This document shows positions 21,129 to 28,938 of a DNA stretch of 64,000 nucleotides, in pieces. Location: contig PLLJ01000023.1 in the NCBI GenBank assembly GCA_003140935.1, positions 24,824 to 88,823 on the forward strand, given 5' to 3'. The notes under the pieces are model-generated. The model was not told the DNA's origin and made no database searches. It saw nothing but the letters and a program-made list of their open reading frames with translations. The translations under genes were made by a program, and so were the position numbers. The DNA is from Candidatus Omnitrophota bacterium. Its GTDB lineage: Bacteria; Omnitrophota; Omnitrophia; Omnitrophales; Aquincolibacteriaceae. Positions within the stretch are counted from its first letter, which is position 1. Each line of letters begins with the position of its first letter.

Positions 21129-21803
21129 ATGAGAGTTCTTGTGATCGAAGATGAGAAAAGGATGGCGGGCTTCATCGAGCGTGGGCTGAAAGAGGCGCAT
21201 TATGCCGTGGACCTGGCTTATGACGGGGAGCAGGGCATTCATCTGGCGGAGAACAACCCCTACGATCTGATCGTCCTCGACGTGGTCCTGCCTTATGAGA
21301 GCGGTTTTTTTGTTTGCGAGCATTTGAGGGACAAAGGGATCCAAACGCCCGTCCTTCTATTGACGGCCAAGAACGCGGTCAGAGATAAGGTGCGGGGGCT
21401 CGATGCCGGAGCGGACGATTACCTGACGAAACCGTTCGCTTTTGAAGAATTCATGGCACGGGTCCGAGCCTTGACGCGAAAAAACAGCCCTTCCAAGAAC
21501 AACATCCTCAAATTGGCCGACCTTGAGCTGGACCGCGTCACGCACAAAGTGTCCCGCGCGGGGCGGGAGATCACTCTGGCGAACAAGGAGTACGCTCTTC
21601 TGGAATACCTCATGCTCAATGCGGGCCATGTCATGACACGGACCATGATCTCCGAGCATGTGTGGAATGAGAGCTTTGACACCCTGACGAACGTCTTCGA
21701 TGTTTATATCCATCGTCTTCGCGGCAAGATCGACGAAGGATCCTCCAAGCCGCTGATTCACTCCGTGCGTGGCGTCGGCTATGTTCTGAAAGAGGACGCA
21801 TGA
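21129..21803 (+). CDS. OmpR-family response regulator (CusR-like)
   Basis: VIEDE, GLDAGADDYLTKPF, winged-helix DVYIHRLR.K, VRGVGY. Confidence 0.95.
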   Translation: MRVLVIEDEKRMAGFIERGLKEAHYAVDLAYDGEQGIHLAENNPYDLIVLDVVLPYESGFFVCEHLRDKGIQTPVLLLTAKNAVRDKVRGLDAGADDYLTKPFAFEEFMARVRALTRKNSPSKNNILKLADLELDRVTHKVSRAGREITLANKEYALLEYLMLNAGHVMTRTMISEHVWNESFDTLTNVFDVYIHRLRGKIDEGSSKPLIHSVRGVGYVLKEDA

Positions 21804-23296
21804 GAAAGAACTCGGTACGGTTCCAAATGAGCGTTCTTTTTACGGTCATCCTGGGGATCCTCGTGATCGCGCATAGCGCCGTGCTGTATTTTACGTTATC
21901 GCACGTGATCTACGGAGAGATCGACCAGGAGCTCCACGGAAAAGTCCGTGCGATCAATGATACGGTGGCGGCTTATTCCAATCTTATGGAGCCGAACTAT
22001 GAAATCACGCCCAAGTCGCTGAACCGGGCTCTGAGCCTTATCGATGCGGAGCAAACAAAGCTCTTTGACCCCCCGAAGATCAAAGCGCTTGACAAGGAAT
22101 GGCGGGATAAATTGCTCGGCCTGGGGCTTAATCACGATTATACCATCGTATTCTATCCCGACGGAGGCGTGGCGGAAATGAGCGGCAATATCCCGAAGGC
22201 GCTTCTTCCGGAATTGAAACGAATGGCTTTCAGCGTGACTTCCAAAAAGTCCCAGATCGCAATGATGCCCGAGGGCGTGGGTAAATTGAAGGCCATTGTC
22301 AGCCCGTCTTACCGCGAGAATAAACTGAAAAATATCCTGGTGATCGCCACATCGACGGCATCGACCGATGCGATCCTGCAAGGCCGTTTCACCCTTATCT
22401 TGATCACCGTTCCCACGGTGTTGCTCATTTCGATCTTTTTTGCCCTGTTCTTTGTCAAAAAAAGCCTTAGCCCTATCAAAGAGATCACGAGAACGGTCGA
22501 CGAGATCACTTACAAGGACATGAATAAACAGGTGGAGGTCCGATTGAAGGATCCGGAGATCACCGGTCTCAAAGACGCGCTCAATAAAATGCTCGTTCGT
22601 CTGCGCGAGTCCTTTCGGAACATGGATGATTTCAGTTCCAATGCGGCCCATGAACTGAAGACACCCATCGCGATCATCCGGGGAGAGGCGGAAGTCGCTC
22701 TCTTGGACGACCGGGATACGGAGGAATACAAAAGAGTGATCGGCGTTATTCTGGAAGAAGGGAAGCGGATGCTCAAAACGATCGACGATCTGCTTCTGGT
22801 GAACAAGATCGATTACCAGACGGAGGTGTTCACCTTCGAACCTATTGAAACGGCTGAATTTTTCTCCGAGATCATGGAACAGGCGAAGATCGTTGCGGCT
22901 CAAAAAGACATCGCCGTTGAATCCGAATTGCCGCCCTCGTCCCAGTTCATCAGCGCGAACAAACTTCACTTGCGGCGCCTCTTTTTCAATTTGATCGACA
23001 ACGCGATCAAATTCACCGCGTCGGGGGGGACCATCGGCATTAAGGTATCGTACGCCGATGACAGGCTGAAAGCCGAAATCTCCGACACGGGGATTGGGAT
23101 CCCGCCCGAGGACCTGAAAAAGATCTACGACAGGTTCTTCCGCGTGGACCGGACCAGCTGGGGGAATGTTCCCGGCAGCGGTCTGGGGCTCAGTATCGCA
23201 AAGTCGATCGCGACCATGCACCATGGGACCCTGGACGCGCAGAGCGAGCTCGGAAAAGGCACGACCTTCACCATCGGTCTTCCTCTGATCAAGTAG
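21800..23296 (+). CDS. Sensor histidine kinase, HAMP-HisKA-HATPase (CusS-like)
   Basis: AAHELKTP, NLIDNAIKF, DTGIGI, GSGLGLSI. Confidence 0.95.
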   Translation: MRKNSVRFQMSVLFTVILGILVIAHSAVLYFTLSHVIYGEIDQELHGKVRAINDTVAAYSNLMEPNYEITPKSLNRALSLIDAEQTKLFDPPKIKALDKEWRDKLLGLGLNHDYTIVFYPDGGVAEMSGNIPKALLPELKRMAFSVTSKKSQIAMMPEGVGKLKAIVSPSYRENKLKNILVIATSTASTDAILQGRFTLILITVPTVLLISIFFALFFVKKSLSPIKEITRTVDEITYKDMNKQVEVRLKDPEITGLKDALNKMLVRLRESFRNMDDFSSNAAHELKTPIAIIRGEAEVALLDDRDTEEYKRVIGVILEEGKRMLKTIDDLLLVNKIDYQTEVFTFEPIETAEFFSEIMEQAKIVAAQKDIAVESELPPSSQFISANKLHLRRLFFNLIDNAIKFTASGGTIGIKVSYADDRLKAEISDTGIGIPPEDLKKIYDRFFRVDRTSWGNVPGSGLGLSIAKSIATMHHGTLDAQSELGKGTTFTIGLPLIK

Positions 23297-23429
23297 CAAG
23301 CAGGGTCAACCTTCCCGGCGGTCTGTTTTCCATGAACAAGATTTAATTCTCTATTAATCCTCTTGTCATCCGCCGTATGAGAAGATCGCGCCGGTTAAAA
23401 GACAAAAGTTCAATAACGAAGGAGACACT

Positions 23430-23801
23430 ATGAAACAAATACTGATCGTGGATGATGAAAAGAGAATGACGAGGCTTTACGAGTACATTTTGACCCAAAA
23501 GGGTTACAAAACGTTCGTAGCCGATAGCGCAAACGACGCGAACGAGATCTTGAAAAAAGAAAAGGTCGACGTGGTCCTCCTGGATATCAACATGCCTGGA
23601 GCGGGCGGAGATGATCTTTACGGTGTGATGAAACTCTTCCATCAAGAAGTAAAAGTGATCATCAGCAGCGTTCTTCCCATCGGTAGGCAGAAGCAGCTTG
23701 TGCCCGGGGCGACGGCGTATTATGACAAATCCCAGGCCATCGAGATGCTTTTCAGCAAGATCGTCAAGGCCTGCACGGAAAGCCCGATCGCAGTGAAATA
23801 G
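23430..23801 (+). CDS. Single-domain response regulator
   Basis: IVDDE, LLDINMPG; AAGGAG RBS. Confidence 0.88.
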   Translation: MKQILIVDDEKRMTRLYEYILTQKGYKTFVADSANDANEILKKEKVDVVLLDINMPGAGGDDLYGVMKLFHQEVKVIISSVLPIGRQKQLVPGATAYYDKSQAIEMLFSKIVKACTESPIAVK

Positions 23802-23883
23802 ACCCCAAGTAGAATTCCGAAAATCACTTCCCCCGATCGAAGGAAATGCCACAAAGGGTATTTTTGTTTTCTTTGAGCGGGTA

Positions 23884-23944
23884 GAAAAAAGTCAAAAAAA
23901 AGGGGAAGCCTGTCATGCTGACTTTTTTCCACCTTTGCTATTAT
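23884..23944 (+). promoter_or_regulatory. Regulon motif copy 4 plus extended -10, with an inverted half-site in the spacer
   Basis: GAAAAAAGTCAAAAAAAAGGGGA, 32 nt, TGcTATTAT; GACTTTTTTC at 23920-23929. Confidence 0.75.
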
Positions 23945-24016
23945 TTGCGGTGTCATCAGGCCTGAGACCGGAAAACGAGTAGCTTACAAAAGCGTTCACA
24001 GCTCACGAAAGGCACA

Positions 24017-24055
24017 GATGGAAAAATTGACTTATTTCCATCATCGATCTATATT
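24017..24055 (+). promoter_or_regulatory. Sigma70-type promoter whose -35 lies inside an 8-bp inverted repeat
   Basis: TTGACT-N17-TATATT; GATGGAAA...TTTCCATC. Confidence 0.6.
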
Positions 24056-24267
24056 ATTTATACGGCTTTTTGCGATTCAAACCCCGCTTTTAATGGTGTA
24101 TTTAAAATAGATCGAAACCATGCTGACAAGCCCTCGTAGACGATTTGAAACTGCAAGCACGTCTTATCCCCGCTGTGCGTTATTCCGGATACGGTTCTCC
24201 ATCCAAAGTAAAATGTGTTCTGTGTTTGCTGAACATTTTTCCGATCACATTAAAAGAGAGGTGCTTC

Positions 24268-25038
24268 ATGCCTGAAACTATATTACTCGTCGACGATGAC
24301 AAGGAATTCAGAGAGGAATTCAGGGAGTTCCTCTCGGGCTATCAGATCCGTGAGGCGGCCAACGGCCGGGAGGCCCTGGATATTTTGCATAAGGCCCATG
24401 ACATCGATCTCATGATCCTGGATGTCAACATGCCGCAATTGGGCGGGATCGAAGTCCTGAAGGAAATAAAAAGAACGGATCCCAATGTGGGGATCATCAT
24501 TCTGACAGGCTACAGCGACAAGGACACCGCGATCGAAGCCCTCAAAGGACACGCGGACGATTATCTCGAAAAGCCCGTGGATCCCGAAAAGATGCGGACC
24601 CTGATCGAGAAACACCTTGAAAAAAAGCACGCGGGGAGCGATATCGATACTTCGAATACGCAGGGAAAGATCGAGAAGGTGAAACGCTTTCTCGAGAGGA
24701 ATTGTTTCAAAAAGGCGGGTCTGACGGAAGCGGCGCGGGCCGTGTGCCTGAGCCCCAAATATCTGAGCCGGATCTTCAAGGAAGAAACGGGGGAGAGCTA
24801 CGTCGGATATCGGCTCAAGATCAAGATCGAAAAAGCCAAAGAGCTTTTAACGCAAGGCGGCGGCAATGTCAGCCAGATCGCCTACAAGCTCGGCTATGAA
24901 AATCCGGAATCCCTGATCCGTCAGTTCAAGAAATTCACGCACAAGACGCCGGCGAAATTCCGTCAGAGCATTGCGAAACAAATTCCCGCGGGCGGGAAAA
25001 TCAGTCGGAAGGAAAAAACCGGGAAAAGAGCGGAATAA
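24268..25038 (+). CDS. Response regulator with C-terminal AraC-type double HTH
   Basis: LVDDD..LDVNMP..LEKP; LSPKYLSRIFKEETG, VSQIAYKLGYENPESLIRQFKK...TPAKFR; GAGG RBS. Confidence 0.93.
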   Translation: MPETILLVDDDKEFREEFREFLSGYQIREAANGREALDILHKAHDIDLMILDVNMPQLGGIEVLKEIKRTDPNVGIIILTGYSDKDTAIEALKGHADDYLEKPVDPEKMRTLIEKHLEKKHAGSDIDTSNTQGKIEKVKRFLERNCFKKAGLTEAARAVCLSPKYLSRIFKEETGESYVGYRLKIKIEKAKELLTQGGGNVSQIAYKLGYENPESLIRQFKKFTHKTPAKFRQSIAKQIPAGGKISRKEKTGKRAE

Positions 25039-25041
25039 CTC

Positions 25042-25665
25042 ATGAACCCAGAGACTCGCAGAAAGATCGCAAAGATTCTGGCGCTCGCCGTGAGCCTTGC
25101 CGGCATCCTGGTGATCCTCGGCTGGATCTTCAATATCGGTTTCTTGAAAAGTCTCTCTTCGGCCTGGATCTCCATGAAATTCAATACGGCCTTTGTCTTT
25201 GTCTTGAGCGGCCTGATCCTTTATTTTATTGTCCAGACCGGGGAAGGCAAACCCGATGTGGCCCAAGTCGTTCTCCCCATTGCCTCGCTCGTGATCCTGC
25301 TTTTGATGGGGACCTTGTTCTTTGGTAACCTTTTGGGTGTCCAAACAGGAGCGGAAGAACTGTTTATGCGGGACCTGAGCTCTGCTCCCACGACGGTCAC
25401 TCCCGGCATGCCGTCGTTACCGACGATGTTCAATTTTATATTGATCGCAAGCGCCGCTATTTTGACCCTTTTTAACCCCGAAAAATTATCAGCCATGCTG
25501 AAAAACATCGGACTTATCGTCGGGTGGGTCGGGGTCGTAGCGGTTCTCGGCTATCTGATAAATATTCCGCTTCTTTATTATTTCATCGCAGGTGTCAACA
25601 ACGCGATGGCCTGTCATACCGCGATCCTGTTCATGCTCCTGGGAGCCGGATTTTTATGTCTCTAA
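25042..25665 (+). CDS. Stand-alone multi-pass membrane protein resembling kinase N-terminal sensor modules
   Basis: About 6 hydrophobic segments with repeated MKFNTA / MACHTA motifs. Confidence 0.7.
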   Translation: MNPETRRKIAKILALAVSLAGILVILGWIFNIGFLKSLSSAWISMKFNTAFVFVLSGLILYFIVQTGEGKPDVAQVVLPIASLVILLLMGTLFFGNLLGVQTGAEELFMRDLSSAPTTVTPGMPSLPTMFNFILIASAAILTLFNPEKLSAMLKNIGLIVGWVGVVAVLGYLINIPLLYYFIAGVNNAMACHTAILFMLLGAGFLCL

Positions 25666-28274
25666 AAGCAAAACTCATCATTCTGTTTCTGGCGATTGCT
25701 TTGATCCCTTTGGTTTTCGTAAGCGCCTTGACCGTCCATAACTATCAAAATTCCATAGAAACGGCCCACCTGTCGGACCTTCAGCATATCGCCCTATTTA
25801 AAGCCGATAAAATAGAAGCCCATTTTGTCGATTTGAAAAAAAATCTCGAAGTTATCCGGAACATCTATGCGGTCAAAAAAAATCTTCCCATTCTGGACCG
25901 GCTTGTTCATGACCCGACCGATCCCAACTTTGTCGCGGCACAAAAGATGCTCAATGAAATATTCCCGAAAGCGACAAACGTTTGGAACCTGTTCGACATC
26001 ATGCTGCTTGGTCCTCAAGGGAACATCGTTTATTCAAGTAAGCCCGGTTATCACCCGGAGGTTTTTCCGAAAGGATTGCCGGCTCGTTATCAAGAAGCTT
26101 TTGAGAATGGGAAAAAAGGGATCTATTTTTCAGAGGTATTTCCTAACGAGAAAGAAAAGGACAAGACGACGATCTTGGCAACAGCCCCTGTGTCTGATCT
26201 TCACGGTCTTCCCGCGGGAGTGATTGTTTTCGAAGTAAATATGGAGCCCTTTTTCAAACTTATTCAAGATGTTACAGGTCTTGGCAAGACCGGCGAGACC
26301 TTGATCGGAAAAAAAGAGGGAGATAAAGTAGTATTTCTGAATCCCCTCAGGCATGACCCTGAAGCAGCTTTTAAACGCTATACAACTATCGGCAGTGTTG
26401 TGGGAGAGGCGTTACAACATGCGGTACAAGGCCAAAACGGATTCGGCTATACCATTGATTACCGCGGTAAACCGGTGGTAGCGGCTTGGCGGTACCTTCC
26501 ATTGTTAAGGTGGGGGGTTGTGGCCAAGATCGATCGCGAGGAGGCCTTTGCGGAGATCATCCATTTAAGACATGTCGTGATCATCTTAATTGTCATTATT
26601 TCCGCTTTGGCTGGCATCACGGCGTTTTCCATAGCTCAGTCCATTTCCGGGCCTATCCAAAAGCTCTCAAAAGGCGCGGAGATCATTGGGAAAGGGAACC
26701 TGGATTATAAAGTCGGAACCTCTCTCAAGGATGAAATCGGGCAGCTTTCAAGGGCATTCGACAAAATGACCGCTGAGCAAAAGCAGGCCCAAGATTCTTT
26801 GCGCCAAACCTCGTTTTATGCCAGGAGTCTTCTCGAAGCATCTTTGGATCCTCTGGTCACGATCTCGGCCTACGGCAAGATCACGGATGTTAACGAAGCT
26901 ACGATCAAGGCGACCGGCTTGTCCCGGGGAGATCTTGTCGGCACCGATTTTTCCGATTACTTCACAGAACCGGTTAAAGCCAAGGCGGGCTATCAAGAAG
27001 TCTTTTCGAAAGGATTTGTCACAGACTACCCGCTGACGATACGCCATAAGGACGGACATTCAACGGATGTTCTCTACAATGCCAGTGTTTATAAAGATAC
27101 TCACGGTAATGTCCTGGGAGTTTTCGCCGCGGCGCGCGACATAACTTTATTGAAACAAACTTCTCAATACGCCCGAAGCTTGATCGAATCTTCCCTTGAT
27201 CCCTTGGTCACGATCTCCGCCGACGGAAAAATTACGGACGTCAATGAAGCGGCTATCAAGGCGACCGGTCTGTCCCGGGGAGATCTTGTCGGAACAGATT
27301 TTTCCAATTACTTTACGAAGCCTGAAAAAGCCAAGGCAGGCTATCAAGAAGTCTTTTCGAAAGGATTTGTCACAGACTACCCGCTGACGATACGCCGCAA
27401 GGACGGACATTTAACGGATGTTCTCTATAACGCCAATATCTATAAAGATACTCGCGGTAATGTCCTGGGAGTTTTCGCCGCAGCACGTGATGTGACAGAA
27501 CTGAAAAAAGCAGAAGCGGAACTAAGGCGTCATCGCGACAGCCTCGAAGTTCTGGTGGCGGAGCGAACCGCCGATCTTCAAACAGCAAATCAAGAGCTCG
27601 CAAGTTCCAACGAAAATCTGGAGCAATTCGCCTACGTCGCGTCCCATGACCTTCAGGAACCCTTGCGGGTCATGTCCAATTTTTCGCAATTGTTGGAAAA
27701 ACGTTATAAGGATAAGCTGGATCAAGACGCGAATGAATTTATCGAGTTTATCGTGGATGCGGCAAAACGCATGCAGAAACTGATCACGGACCTTCTCGCT
27801 TATTCGCGGATAGGCAAAAAAGACATTGCCGAGACCGAAGAAGATCTCAACAAGATGGTTCAAAAAATACTGGACGGCATGGCGGCGACTCTGGAATCAA
27901 GCGGCGGTACGGTGACTTATGATACACTTCCAGCGTTGAGGGTCCACGCAACGAGTATAATGCAGGTTTTTCAGAATTTGATCGGCAACGCGTTGAAATT
28001 CCACGAGAAACTACCCCCCCGAGTCCATATCAGCGCAAGAAAAGACGGAGAGGAGTGGATCTTTTCCGTGCGGGATAATGGTCTGGGGATCGAACCGCAA
28101 TACCACGAGCGGATCTTCCAGATCTTCCAGCGCCTGCATTCCAAGGAAGAATATTCCGGCACCGGCATCGGTCTCTCCATCTGCAAAAAAATAGTGACGA
28201 ATTACGGAGGACGGATCTGGGTCGAATCCGAACACGGCAAAGGCTCGACTTTTTATTTCACAATCCCCACATAA
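25656..28274 (+). CDS. Sensor histidine kinase: periplasmic Cache-like domain, HAMP, PAS-PAS, phytochrome-type HisKA-HATPase
   Basis: Start MSLKAKLII; FAYVASHDLQEPLR, NLIGNALKF, IFQRLH..EYSGTGIGL. Confidence 0.93.
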   Translation: MSLKAKLIILFLAIALIPLVFVSALTVHNYQNSIETAHLSDLQHIALFKADKIEAHFVDLKKNLEVIRNIYAVKKNLPILDRLVHDPTDPNFVAAQKMLNEIFPKATNVWNLFDIMLLGPQGNIVYSSKPGYHPEVFPKGLPARYQEAFENGKKGIYFSEVFPNEKEKDKTTILATAPVSDLHGLPAGVIVFEVNMEPFFKLIQDVTGLGKTGETLIGKKEGDKVVFLNPLRHDPEAAFKRYTTIGSVVGEALQHAVQGQNGFGYTIDYRGKPVVAAWRYLPLLRWGVVAKIDREEAFAEIIHLRHVVIILIVIISALAGITAFSIAQSISGPIQKLSKGAEIIGKGNLDYKVGTSLKDEIGQLSRAFDKMTAEQKQAQDSLRQTSFYARSLLEASLDPLVTISAYGKITDVNEATIKATGLSRGDLVGTDFSDYFTEPVKAKAGYQEVFSKGFVTDYPLTIRHKDGHSTDVLYNASVYKDTHGNVLGVFAAARDITLLKQTSQYARSLIESSLDPLVTISADGKITDVNEAAIKATGLSRGDLVGTDFSNYFTKPEKAKAGYQEVFSKGFVTDYPLTIRRKDGHLTDVLYNANIYKDTRGNVLGVFAAARDVTELKKAEAELRRHRDSLEVLVAERTADLQTANQELASSNENLEQFAYVASHDLQEPLRVMSNFSQLLEKRYKDKLDQDANEFIEFIVDAAKRMQKLITDLLAYSRIGKKDIAETEEDLNKMVQKILDGMAATLESSGGTVTYDTLPALRVHATSIMQVFQNLIGNALKFHEKLPPRVHISARKDGEEWIFSVRDNGLGIEPQYHERIFQIFQRLHSKEEYSGTGIGLSICKKIVTNYGGRIWVESEHGKGSTFYFTIPT
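26817..27518 (+). repeat. Tandem 351-bp duplication encoding two near-identical PAS domains
   Basis: YARSL.E.SLDPLVTIS...GNVLGVFAAARD twice; DNA offset 351. Confidence 0.92.
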
Positions 28275-28289
28275 CAAAAGGAGAAAAAA

Positions 28290-28754
28290 ATGGCTGATGG
28301 TAACGGTAATCACGTAAATCCGATCGATGTGCTTTTGGTGGAGGACAGTCCGGCGGACGTCAGATTGACCCGGGAAGCGCTTAAGGAAGAGAAGATGCGC
28401 ATCAATCTGCATGTGGCCGTGGACGGCGTCGAGGCAATGCAATTTTTACACCGGGAAGGCAAATTTGCCGAGGTTGCACTGCCGGACCTGATCCTTTTGG
28501 ACCTGAACCTTCCCAAAAAGGACGGTCGCGAGGTGCTTAAGGAGATCAAAGCGGACGCAGGCTTGAAAAGGATCCCCGTGGTCATTCTCACGATGTCCAA
28601 GGCGGAAGAAGATGTTTTAAAGACCTATGATCTTCACGCGAACTGTTATATTACGAAGCCCTTGGATCTAAAGCAGTTTTCAAAGGTGGTGAAATCCATA
28701 CAGGAATTTTGGATGACCATCGTGAAGCTGCCGCCCAATGAGGATAAAAAATAA
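28290..28754 (+). CDS. Rcp1-like single-domain response regulator
   Basis: [41 protein letters not shown]. Confidence 0.93.
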   Translation: MADGNGNHVNPIDVLLVEDSPADVRLTREALKEEKMRINLHVAVDGVEAMQFLHREGKFAEVALPDLILLDLNLPKKDGREVLKEIKADAGLKRIPVVILTMSKAEEDVLKTYDLHANCYITKPLDLKQFSKVVKSIQEFWMTIVKLPPNEDKK

Positions 28755-28938
28755 AAAAGCAAATAATGACATTAAAAGAAAGCGAAGTGATTTCGTGGCA
28801 GGATCGCGTATCTTGTTAGTACCGCATCATATTTGCAATCAGGGGTATGCGGTACAATACTGTTAACCCCTAAAATCAAATAAAGAACAGTATTAGCGAC
28901 AGTTGGAAGGGCCATACTCATGAGGATGATTTAAGCTT

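Noticed and set aside
21896-23299. 467-aa antisense ORF
   Set aside because: Shadow of the clear histidine kinase on the + strand; no recognisable motifs.
24018-24110. 30-codon ORF (MEKLTYF...) in the leader of the AraC regulator
   Set aside because: Weak RBS and it overlaps a well-formed promoter; no support for translation.
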